This document shows positions 1 through 11,302 of a DNA stretch of 64,000 bases, in pieces. The notes under the pieces were generated by a model. That model was given only the letters and a program-made list of their open reading frames with translations. It searched no databases and was not told the origin of the DNA. Origin of the DNA: the human T2T-CHM13v2.0 reference genome, Homo sapiens. Each line of letters starts with the position of its first letter. Position 1 is the stretch's first letter. Position numbers and translations under genes: made by a program. The stretch lies in assembly GCF_009914755.1 (NCBI RefSeq), contig NC_060928.1; one strand, given 5' to 3'.

Positions 1-1359
1 TTTTAAACTCTATGCCTGTTATTTAAGCCATTTCAGTCTGGTTAACAATCATTGCTGGGGAGCTAGTGTGATCACTTGAAGGTAAGAAGACACTCTGGCT
101 TTTAGAGTTGCCAGAGTTCTTGGTTTTTCTCATCTGTGTGGGCTGATGTTCCTTTAATCTTTGAAGTTGCTGTTTTTTAGATGGAGATTTTTACTTTTAT
201 ATTCTTTGATGCCATTGAGGGTTTGAGTGTGGTATAAATTGGGTTTAGTCAATTGGCTCCATTTCTGCATGCTTCAAGGGGACCAAAACTCAGCTCAACA
301 CTCATGGGTTGCATGCTCTAACCCTGGGGGACTGGGACCAGGCCTGTGGCTTTGTTCTCTGGAACCTCAAGGTTAAGTACCTGCTACAATGGAGAAGCTA
401 AGATGTTCCCAGTCTATTGGTAGCAACACTCTGATGAAGGATTCTGGCAGCCACGCTCCAGCAGGGCAGCAGTGGGCCTCCACATGCATGTGCATCAACA
501 GGGCAGCAGGGGTTCCTGCATGCACACATGCTGGTAGGGTGGCGGCAGGTCTGTGCGCATGTGCACACTGGTGGGGTGGTGGAAGGGGAGACTTTGGGCA
601 AGTGCATGCCGGTGGGGAAGTCTACAGGCACGTGCATGCTGGCAGGGGGAGGCTGCAAGCAGCTGCATTATGGTGAGGGTTCCTTTGCAAAAGCACTCTG
701 AGGGGTAGGCAGGGTCTACTGGCAAAAGAGCTGTGACAGTGGCCACTAGTAAGCTGAAGCTACATTGCAAGTGGGTACAGCCAGGCAGGAGCCCTGGGAA
801 AGGCTGGCAGATAAGGGGTACTCAGATAAGTCGGGACTCATCCCACAGAGAAGCAAGAAAGCCCTTCTCTGTCCAGGTCCAGCAGCTATCAAAGGCTAAA
901 GCAGCCTAGAGAAGTATGGCAAGCCTTGGGAGATGGGTGGCCCTGGCTGTAGTCCACTGCAGCCATTCCTAGGCCAAACCTGGGCTTCACACAGCTGGAG
1001 TTCTGTCTCTGCCAACTCTCTGGGTAGTTCTCCCTGCCAGCTGAGATGTCCATGAGGATCATGAGGTCTCCTGCAGCTAGGATCCCTGAGGTCTGTGGTG
1101 AGAGTGGGCCACTCTATACCTACTTCACTCACCCTTTCCCTAGGAGCAGCTCAGAGCCAGAAACAAGTCCTGTTGCTCAGCAACCTTGTACAGGTTTCCC
1201 AACTTCTTCCCCTTTCAGCCTGGGGTCCATGTCCTCCCTCTGTCCACTCTCAATGTCTTCTTTCTGAGAGAAGATCTGCTTAGTGTGTCAGTCTACTTGA
1301 TGATCTGGTCTCTCTCAAAGGGCAAAGCTCTTCCTGGCTGTGTCTAGTCAGCCGTCTCG
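1..1359 (-). mobile_element. L1 5' portion (ORF1 N-terminal part plus 5'UTR), L1PB/old L1PA-like; runs off the left edge of the window
   Basis: 1-180 reads as antisense L1 ORF1 (ggtaagaagacactctggct...ctttaatctttgaagttgctg). GC-rich UTR with repeated tgcatg motifs. Ends in tctagtcagccgtctcg, the reverse complement of the L1 start motif caagatggccgactaga. Confidence 0.75.
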
Positions 1360-1530
1360 ATTCTGCTGTTTGTTTTTAATATTTCATGTCTTTTTTGTTC
1401 TCCTGTTCCTCTTTTACAGCTTTTTTTGTGTTAAATAGATACGTTTAGTGTACCATTTTAATTCCTTTAAACTATATTTTTTAGTTATTGTCTTAATGGT
1501 TGCCCTAGGGATTGCAATATAATATATCAC
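1360..1530 (-). mobile_element. Old L1M fragment (host element, part 1)
   Basis: T-rich antisense L1-like sequence (aatggttgccctagggattgcaatat) that resumes after the LTR at 2599. Confidence 0.55.
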
Positions 1531-2598
1531 TATCAGGGAACCTGCCCCAATAGTCACGTAGGTTCTTTTCTATTTTCCTTAAGCGTCAGCCGGCTTGAAA
1601 AATAAAGGGACAGAGTACAAAAGAGAGAAATTTTAAAGCTGGGCATCCGGGGGAGACATCACATGTTGGTAGGTTCCATGATGCCCCACAAACCGCAAAA
1701 ATCAGCAAGTTTTTATTAGGGATTTTCAAAAGGGGAGGGAGTGTGCGAACAGGTGTGAGTCACAGACATCAAGTACTTCACAAGGTAATAGAATATCACA
1801 AGGCAAATGGAGGCAGGGCGAGATCACAGGACCACAGGACCGGGGCGAAATTAAAATTGCTAATGAAGTTTTGGGCACCATTGTCATTGATAAAAACTTA
1901 TCAGGAGACAGGGTTTTGAGAGCAACCGGTCTGACTAAAATTGATTAGGTGGGAATTTCCTCTTCCTAATAAGCCTGGGAGCACTATAGGAGACTGGGGT
2001 CTATTTCACCCCTACAGTCTACAGACCATAAAAGACGAGCACGCCCAGTGGGCCGTCTATAGACATATACCCCCAGGCGTGTATTCTCTTTCCCAGGGAT
2101 GTTTCTTGCTGAGAAAAAGAATTCGGCAACATTTCTCCCATTTGTTTTTGAAAGAAGAGAAATATGGCTCTGTTCCGCCTGGCTCACGGGTGGTCAGAGT
2201 TTAAGGTTATCTCTCTTATTCCCTGAACAATTGCTGTTATCCTGTTCTTTTTTCATGGTGCCCAGATTTCATATTTGTTCAAACACACATGCTCTGCAAT
2301 TTGTGCAGTTAACGCAATTATCACATGGTCCTGAAGTGACATACATCTTCCTCAGCTGACAGGATTAAGAGATTAAAGACAGGCATAGGAAATCACAAGG
2401 GTATTGATTGGGGAAGTGATAAGTGTCCATGAAATCTTCACAATTTATGTTTAGAGATTTCAGTAAAGACAGGCATAAGAAATTATAAAAGTATTAATTT
2501 GGGGAACTAATAAATGTCCATGAAATCTTCACAATCCATGTTCTTCTGCCATGGCTTCAGCCGGTCCCTCCGTTTGGGGTCCCTGACTTCCCGCAACA
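1531..2598 (-). mobile_element. MER11 (MER11B/C-like) solo LTR of the HERV-K11/HML-8 group
   Basis: The minus strand starts tgttgcgggaagtcagggaccccaaacggagggaccggctgaagccatgg and ends ggggcaggttccctgata, matching MER11 termini. Length about 1.07 kb, with the internal ~85-bp imperfect duplication at ~2375-2545. Confidence 0.92.
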
Positions 2599-3883
2599 TA
2601 ACATAATCTACCTCATATTAACATTAACTTAATTCCCATAAAATATAGAAAATTTGATCCCTTATAGCTCCATTTTTCCCCCTCATTTGTACTATTATTG
2701 TAATATCAATTATATCTTCACACATATCTTCTGCTTTATGCAATTATGTTTTAAAGCAGATAAGAGGAGAAAAAAGAAAATGTCTTTATACTGTCTTTCA
2801 CATTTACCTACTCACTTATTTTTACTAATGCTCTTTATTTCTTCATGTAGATTCAAATTTCTGGATATAGAATCTTGGTTCATAATTTTTTTCTTTTTCT
2901 TTCAGCACTTTGAATACGTCATCCCACTGCCTTGTGACCTGCATTGTTTCATATGAGAAGTCAGTTGTTAGTTTTATTTTGGTTTCTGTATATGTGATGG
3001 GTTGTTTTTCTCTAGTTGCTTCCAATATTCTTTTCTTTGGCTTCCAACAGTTCAACTATGTTGTGTCTGGGTGTAGGCTTCTTTGTATTAATCTCACAGC
3101 TTATTGAGCTTCTTCATGGTGTAAGTTAATGTTTTATTCAAAATTTTATCAGATTTTTCCCCTTTTCTCTCTCCTCCCCTCTGGCATTCTTACTGTGTGT
3201 GTGTTGGTGTATTTGATGGTATTCCATGGGCCTTTGAAGCTCTGTTCACTTTCCTTTATATTCCTTTATCCCTTAAAGTTTTTATTGATTTATCTTCAAG
3301 TTTTCTGATTCTGTCTTCCAGATTTAAATTTTTCAGTTGATCCCTTTTGTAATTTCTCTCCTTTTATTGATATTCTTCATTTAATGCATTATTGTTGTCA
3401 TGCTTTCCTTTAATTCTTTAAACATAAATTTTCTTTACTTCTTTAAGTATATTTACAATAGCTGTTTTGAGGCTCTTCTTTACTAAATTCAATACCTGGG
3501 ACCTCTCAGAGACAGTTTCTATTCACTGCTTTTTTTTTCTCCTGTGTAGGTTAGACTTTCCTGTTCTTATGCATATTTTGTTGTTTTTTATTAAAAACTA
3601 GGCATTTTGCACAATGTAACAACTTTAGGTTTTGATCTCCTTCCCTCCCCAGGAAGTTATTGCTTGTTTAGTGTTTGACAGACTATAGAATCTTCCTCCC
3701 TTACAGTGCTTAGCTGCTGATGTTTATGCTGAGTTTGTTGTTTTTAAATTCTTGTTTTCATAGTTAAGCCTGTCTTCCTAAGAGTTGTCTGTTGCTTAGC
3801 ATAGCTTAGTCATCAGTGAAAGATTGGTGAAAAGTTGTGCTTAATCATCTTGAGCCAATAGAGTTTGAATGCATTCAATGTTT
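2599..3883 (-). mobile_element. Old L1M fragment (host element, part 2) including an ORF1p remnant
   Basis: ORF 2843..3055(-) gives ILEATREKQPITY...IKLTTDFSYETMQVTRQWDDVFKVLKEK...EPR, resembling the L1 ORF1p RRM/C-terminal region. Confidence 0.8.
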
Positions 3884-4825
3884 GGGGGGCAAGGCCAAGA
3901 TGACTGACTAGAAACAGCTGCAGTTGGAGGTTCCCACTGGTAACTGATGTATCCAAGTTCTATCATCAGGACTGATTAGATGGTTGGCATGACCCAAGGA
4001 GACCAAGGAAAAGCAGGGTGGTGTGTCAGCCCACCTGAGAGCCACATGGGGCAAGGGGAGCCCCAAGGTCCCAGGCAAAAGAGGCAGGGAGTGAGCATGT
4101 TACCCAGCCTGGGAATCCATGCTTTTTCCACAGATCTATGCAATCTGCAGATCAGGAGATCCCACTCGTGAGCCTATGCCACAAGGACCTTGGGTCCCAA
4201 ACACAGAGCTGTGCAGATTCTCAAAAGTCACTTTGCTAGAGTCTGCCTAAGACTGCCAAATTCCCAGGGGGAGGGGTGGCCATCATCCCTGCAGCTGCCT
4301 AAGAAAACTAAGCTCCCTGGGGGAAGGGATGGCAGCCATCATTGCAGCTGCCAGCTGCCTTAGACACTGAACTCCCAGAGGGGAAGGGCAGCAGCCATCA
4401 CTACTGCTCCAGGCAGCCATTTTTCCCGTGCTAGTATAAGGGGGACCAGACAGCTTGGACTCAAGCAGTATTCCCCACAGTGCAGCACACTGGCTGCGGC
4501 AGATTGTGGCCAGACTGCCTCTTTAGGCCAAACCCTGACCCATCCCTCCTCAATGGGTGGGGCCTCCCTACAGGAACTTCAGCAACTATAGCCAAGGGCT
4601 TAGGGACAGAACTCTGATCTCCCTGGGCCTGAACCCCTAGGGGAAGGGGTGACCATGGTCTCCATTGACCAGCACACACAGTCTTTCCCCCTGCTAGCTC
4701 TGAGAAATCCAGGCTGAACAGACAAGTGGGTTTCCCTAGCTCTAGCAGCACACCCCCTCCACCAAGGGACAGCCAGAATGCTTCATTAAGTGGGTCCTGG
4801 ATCCCATGCCCCCCAGCTGGGTGAG

Positions 4826-4972
4826 ACCACGCCCGGCTAATTTTGTATTTTTAGTAGAGATGGGGTTTTTTCATGTTGGTCAGGCTGGTCTCAAACTCCC
4901 GACCTTAGGTAATCCACCCACCTCGGCCTCCCAAAATGCTGGGATTATAGGCGTGAGCCACTGCGCCCGGCC
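4826..4972 (-). mobile_element. AluS left arm plus linker; most of the right arm and the tail are deleted
   Basis: accacgcccggctaattttgtatttttagtagaga...gtgagccactgcgcccggcc, an antisense Alu 5' half. Confidence 0.92.
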
Positions 4973-5247
4973 CAACATTCTTAAAGAAAATAATTTCCAT
5001 CCCAGAATTTCACATCTGGCTAAGCTAAGCTTCGTAAATGAAGAAGAAATACAATCCTTTTCAGATAAGCAAATGCTGAGGTAATTTGTCACCACCAGGC
5101 CTCCCTTACAAGGTCTCCTGAAGGAAGCACTAAAAATGGGAAGGAAAAATTGGTACCAGCCACCGAAAAAACATACTGAAGTAAAAGACCAATGACATTA
5201 TGAAGAAACTGCATCAACTAGTCTGCAAAATAACCAGCTAGGATCAG

Positions 5248-8200
5248 ATAACAGGATCAAGTTCACATGTAACAATATTAACCTTAAATGTAAATGGGCT
5301 AAATGCCCCAATTAAAAGACACAGACTGGCATATTGGATAAAGAGTCAAGACCCATTGGTGTGCTGTATTCAAGAGACATATCTCACATGCAAAGACACA
5401 CATAGGCTCAAAATAAAGGGATGGAGGAAAACTTACCAAGCAATGGAAAGCAGAAAAAAGCAGAGGTTGCAATCTTAGTTTCTGACAAAACAGACTTTAA
5501 ACCAACAAATATCAAAAAAGACAAAGAAGGCCATTACATAATGGTAAAGGGATCAATTCAACAAGAAGAGCTAACAATCCTAAATACAAATGTATCCAAT
5601 ACAGGAGCACTCAGATTCATAAAACAAGTTGTTAGAGACCTACAAAGAGACTTAGACTCCCACAAAATAATAGTGGGAGACTTTAACACCCCACTGTCAA
5701 TATTGAGACAGAAAATTAACAAGGATATTCAGGACTTGAACTCAGCTCTGGATCAGGTGGACCTGACAGATATCTATCCAACTCTCCAACCCAAACCCAC
5801 AGAATATGCATTCTTCTCAGTGCCACAAGGCACTTACTCTAAAATTGATCACAAAGTTGGAAGTAAAACACTTCTCAGCAAAAACAAAACAACGGAAATC
5901 ATAACAAACAGTCTCTCAGATAGCAGTGCAATCAAATTAGAACTGAAGATAAAGAAACTCACTCAAGGCTGGGTGAGGTGGCTCAAGCCTGTAATCCCAG
6001 CACTTTGGGACGCCAAGGCAGGTGGATCACGAGGTCAGGAGATCAAGACCATCCTGGCTAACATGGTGAAACCCCATCTCTACTAAAAATAAAAAAAAAA
6101 TTAGCCAGGCATGGTGGCAGGCACCTGTAGTCCCAGCTACTCAGGAGGCTGAGGCAGGAGGCTGAGGAGAACGGCATGAACCCGGGAGGCAGAGCTTGCA
6201 GTGAGCCAAGATTGCACCACTGCCCTCCAGCCTGGGCAACTGAGCAAGACTCCGTCTCAAAAAAAAAGAAACTCACTCAAAATCACACAAGTACATGGAA
6301 ATTGAACAACATGCTCCTGAAAGACTCCTGGGTAAATAATAAAATTAAGGCAGAGATCAAGAAGTTCTCTAAAACCTATTAGAACAAAGAGACAATGTAC
6401 CAGCATCTCTGGGATGCAGCTAAAGCAGTGTACAGAGGAAAATTTATAGCACTAAATGCCCACATCAGAAGGCAAGAAAGATCTAAAATCGACACCCTAA
6501 CATCACAACTGAAAGAACTAGAGAAGCAAGAGCAAACAAATCCAAAAGCTAGCAGAAAACAATAAATAACGGTGAGAGTGGAACTGAAGAAAACAGAGAC
6601 ACAAAAAAAATGCTTTAAAAAAATCAATGAATGCAGGAGGTGTTTTTTTGAAAAAAAATTCATAAAATAGACTGCTAGCTAGACTAATAAAGAAGAAAAC
6701 AGAGAAGAATCAAATAGACACAATAAAAAATGATAGAAGTGATATCACCACTGACCTGCAGAAATACAAACAACTATCAGAGAATACTAGAAACACTTTT
6801 ATGCAAATAAACTAGAAAATCTAGAAGAAATGGATAAATTCCTGGACACACACACTCTCCCAAGGCTAAACCAGGAAGAAGTAGAATCCTTGAATAGACC
6901 AATAACAAGTTTGGAAATTGAGGCAGCAATAAATAGCCTACCAACAAAAAAAAGCCCAGGACCAGAAGGATTTATGGCTGAATTCTACCAGAGGTACAAA
7001 GAGGAGCTGGTACTTCTGAAACTATTCCAAACAATTGAAAAGGAGGGACTTCTCCCTATTTCATTTTACGAGGCCAGCACCATTGTGATACCAAAACTTG
7101 GCAGAGATACAACAATAACGACAAAAAACTTCAGGTCAATATTCCTGACAAACATTGATGCAAAAATCTTCAATAAAATACTGGCAAACCAATTCCAGCA
7201 ACACATCAAACAGCTTATGCACCAGAATCAAGTCAACTTCATCCCTAGGATGCAAGGCTGGTTCAACATATGCAAATCAATAAACATAATTCATCACATA
7301 AACAGAACCAATGACAAAAACCACATCGTTATCTCAATAGGCACAGAAAAGGCCTTCGATAAAATTTACCACCCTTCATATTAAAAACTCTCAGTAAACT
7401 AGGTATTGATAGAACATATCTCAACATAATAAAAGCCATTTATGACAAACCCACAGCCAATATCATACTGAATGGTCAAAAGCCAGAAGCATTCCCTTTG
7501 AAAACTGGCACAAGACAAGGATGCCCTCTCTCACCACTCCTATTCAACATAGTATTTGAAGTTTTGGCCAGGGCAATCAGGCAAAAGAAAGAAATAAAGG
7601 ATATTCAAATAGGAAGAGAGGAAGTCAAATTGTTTCTGTTTGCAGATGACATGATCCTGTATATAGAAAACCCCAGTCTCAGTGCAAAAGCTGATAAGCA
7701 AATTCAGCAAAGTCTCAGGATACAAAATCAATGCGCAAAAATCACAAGCATTCCTATACACAAACAATAGACAAGCAGAGAGCCAGATCATGAATGTACT
7801 CCCATTCACAGTTGCTAAAAAGAAAATAAAATACCTATGAATACAGCTAACAAGGGATGTAAAGGACCTTTTCAAGGAGAACATAAAAACTGCCCAAGGA
7901 AATACGAGAGGACACAAACAAATGGAAAAACATTCCATGCTCTTGAATAGGAAGAATTAGTATAATGAAAATGGCCATACTGCCCAAAGTAATTTATAGA
8001 TTCATTGCTATTCCCATTAAACTACCATTGACATTCTTCATGGCATTAGAGAAAACTACCTTAAAATTCATATAGAACCAAAAAAGAGCCCAGATAGCAA
8101 AGACAATCCGAAGCAAAAAGAACAAAGCTAGATGCACCATGCTACCTGGCTTCAAACCATACTATAAGGCTACAGTAACCAAAACAGCATGGTTCTGGTA

Positions 8201-9336
8201 CCAAAACAGACACATAGAGCAATGGAACAGAATAGAGATCTCAGAAATAAGACCACACATCTACAACCATCTGATCTTCGACAAAACTGACAAAAACAAG
8301 CAATGGGGAAAGGATTCTCTATTTAATAAATGGTGCTGGGAAAACTGGCTAGCCATAGGCAGAAAATTGAAACTGGACCCCTTCCTTATACCTTATACAA
8401 AAATTAACTCAAGATGGATTAAAAGCTTAAATGTAAAACCCAAAATGGTAAAAATCCTAAGAGAAAATCTGGGCAATACCATTCAGCACATAGGCAAAGG
8501 AAAAGATTTCATGGTCAAGACATCAAAAGCAATTGCAACAAAAGCAAAAATTGACAAGTGTGACCTAATTCAACTAAGGAGCTTCGGCACAGTAAATGAA
8601 ACTATCATCAGAGTAAACAGACAACCTACGGAATGGGAGAAAATTTTTGTAATGTATCCATCTGACGAAGGTCTAATGTCGAGAATGTACAAGGAACTTA
8701 AACAAATTTACAAGAAAAAAACAACCCCATCATGTCAAAGGACATGAACAAATACTCTCAAAAGAAGACATTTATGTGGCCACCAATACATGAAAAAAAA
8801 GCTCAACATCACTGATCATTAGAGAAATGCAAATCAAAACCACAGTGAGATACCATCTCATGCCAGTCAGAATGGCAATTATTACAAAGTCAAGAAACAA
8901 CAGATGCTGGTGAGGCTATGGAGAAATAGGAATGCTTTTATACTATTGATGGGAATGTAAATTAGTTCAACCATTGTGAAAGACAGCATGGGGATTCCAC
9001 AAGGATCTAGAACCAGAAATATCATTTGACCCAGCAATCCCATTTACTGGGTATATACCCAAAAGAATGTAAATCATTCTGTTATAAAGACACATGCACA
9101 TGTACGTTTATTGCAGCACTATTCACAATAGCAATGACATGGAATCAACCCAAATGCCCATCGATGGTAGACTGGATAAAGAAAATGCAGCACATATTCA
9201 CCATGGAATACAATGCAGCCATAAAAAAGAATGAGATCTTGTCCTTTTCAGGGACTTGGATAAACCTGGAAGCCATCGTTCTCAGCAAACTAACACAGGA
9301 GCAGAAAACCAAACACCGCATGTCCTCATACATAAG
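5248..9336 (+). pseudogene. Dead L1 ORF2 (APE endonuclease, reverse transcriptase, C-terminal region)
   Basis: Start codon mutated to ATA (ataacaggatcaa). ORF fragments show GDFNTPL (endonuclease), [24 protein letters not shown] and LFADDM (RT), and WCWENW. Multiple frameshifts and stops plus an Alu insertion. Confidence 0.93.
5967..6264 (+). mobile_element. AluY inserted in L1 ORF2
   Basis: AluY-type positions gagatcaagaccatcctggctaac and ggcatgaacccgggaggcagagcttgcag. Perfect 16-bp TSD aaagaaactcactcaa at 5951-5966 and 6265-6280. Confidence 0.95.
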
Positions 9337-10026
9337 TTCAGTCATCTTAAAATGCTGTTCTGCTTTTGGTTTTTGCTAGGTCTTTTCATGTTGTCTTGAA
9401 CCATGTTTAGAGAGGGGGGTGACTTGATTTAAAGCAGGTGCCTTACATTCATCCAGAGAGTGGTAGATAGCTATGACCTCTCCAGTCTCTCTTGAGCATG
9501 TGTATAACCTTTTACAAGTGTGCATCCTTCCAAACCACCATGAGTATGTGGAAGCTTATTCAGACTCACTATGGCCACCTCATTTTCTTTGTTAAATTTC
9601 TAGTCTAGTCTACTAGAAACTAGCTAGTCTACTAGTCTGTCGCTTACCCCAACCTAATGGCAACCTCAAGCTAGCTGTGAGGGTGGCCTTTTCTGATTGT
9701 TTGCCACTGAGATTGCTACTGTTTGCAATGCCGCTGACTTGCACCTGCTCTAAATCAAATCATTCCCCTCAAGTAGTTCCCATAGCTTGCCCTACCCTGT
9801 TAGAATTTCCATACCAATAGAGCTGAAGGGCTAAAATGCCACAGACTCACACTTTTACTTGAATTTCAGTTGTTTTACTTAAATAAATATTTCTAAATTT
9901 GTTGTACGCCTTTGATCTATTTATAGAGTACTTACATGATTGTTTTTGATAGTTCTATCTAGTTCTATTATTGATTTTTGAGGAGAGAAAAATAACTAGT
10001 TTCTTAATCTGCTATTCCAGAAGTTC
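9337..10026 (-). mobile_element. Old L1M 5'UTR remnant (host element, part 3)
   Basis: Resembles an antisense old-L1 UTR and ends in ctgctattccagaagt. Continues the sequence interrupted at 3883. Confidence 0.5.
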
Positions 10027-10094
10027 CCTTCTGAATCTATCAGTTTTGTTTTTTATCCAACACCACTTCCTTTTGATATCCTTTAGATATCACT

Positions 10095-10326
10095 TCCTAA
10101 CCCTAAATTAAATTCCTCTATGATGCCTTGACATAGGACCCTGTACTGATTTCAAAGAATTTTTTACATTTCCTGTAACTCTTTGCTTACTTGTCTGACT
10201 CCCTCACTAGACTATAAGCTCACAGAGACTCCTCTGTTCACTGATGTATCTTAGGCAGCTAGAGCAGCATTTGACACACAGTAGTCACTCAATGAAAACA
10301 GTGAATTTACTTGAATTAATTGAATG
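10095..10326 (+). mobile_element. L2 3' end
   Basis: cactagactataagctc...tgttcactgatgtatc...acacagtagtcactcaat...gaat, an L2 tail. Confidence 0.7.
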
Positions 10327-11302
10327 GAATTTAAATGCAGAGTCATGTATCCAGAGTAGCAACTGTGGTTGCCAATATTGAGACAGAACTGAGGACAATT
10401 TCTAGCCATAGTCTTTTACTCAAGCCAAGTACACAAAACCTCAGGTGTATGTCAATGAATGATGTCATAAAAAAAATTCTGTTTCTCAAAACTTAGCAGT
10501 CAACAAAACATTACAAGACATTGTTTTTTCCAATAGAAGGGTCTTATAGATTATAAGCCACAGGGAAAGAGAACTTGTAGTTACCAACACTTGATTCATG
10601 AAATTTGGTAACACTAATTTATTTGGGCTTACATGTTTCAACACACCTTTTAACATTAGGAAGCCAAAATGTAGTTGTGGTAAATTTCAACACATACACA
10701 AAAGCATTGCCCTAAAATATGCAAATACCTAGTTGAGCATATTTCATAATAATGCAGAAAAAGATCTGTCAAATATTTTTAATTTTTTATTTAGTTTTTA
10801 GGTAAGTAAGCAAGGACAGATGCCAGTGCCATCCTTATTTTAGGGCCTTTCAAAGACATGCCTTCTATTATTATCAGAAGGAGACTGGGCCAGGAGAAAG
10901 AAATAACAGAACTCCATCAGATACTACGTCATTGTACATAGGGAGGGCACAATGAATGCTGCTTGGACAACATTTATTGAACACTTTACATTTTATGACA
11001 TCAATTTTCAAACTGTGCTTCATGAATCCCCATAGAAGTACCTTGGTAATATATTTAAGGACTGGGAAGACCAAGTGAACAGGTTTTTACCCATTTATCT
11101 TTTCACCCCGCTTTCATATGTTTTATATGTTGGGTTTGGTCATAATTTTTTAATGAATCTATTACCCCCCAAAAAAGATTTGGAAATGACTGCGCTAATA
11201 CTATGTAGAGTAAACACAGTTGCTTGATCTATTTTTAAAAATATGTTTCTCACTAGATTATTGTGAGTGCTAAATTAAGTGATGTATATGAAAATACCCT
11301 GC

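Larger units (their letters stand above)
3884..9336 (+). mobile_element. Rearranged L1PA element (roughly L1PA8-13 age): 5'UTR, deleted ORF1, disrupted ORF2, no 3'UTR
   Basis: Starts ggggggcaaggccaagatgactgactagaa. The UTR has ~60-bp imperfect repeats at ~4245-4405. The ORF1 C-terminus resumes at 4973 and ORF2 follows. L1 similarity stops at aaacaccgcatgtcctcatacataagt. Confidence 0.93.

Noticed and set aside
389-1283. Cluster of overlapping Cys/His/Pro-rich ORFs
   Set aside because: They lie in a GC-rich, internally repetitive L1 5'UTR and resemble no protein I recognise.
2375-2545. ~85-bp direct repeat as a CRISPR-like or novel array
   Set aside because: Two imperfect units with no spacers; this is an internal feature of MER11 LTRs.
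1525-2604. TSD of the MER11 LTR (tatcac / taacat)
   Set aside because: Only 4 of 6 positions match, too weak to call.
5421-9379. Long ORFs with endonuclease and RT motifs as an active retroelement or novel RT system
   Set aside because: These are ordinary L1 ORF2 fragments with a lost start codon, frameshifts, stops and an Alu insertion, and ORF1 is deleted.
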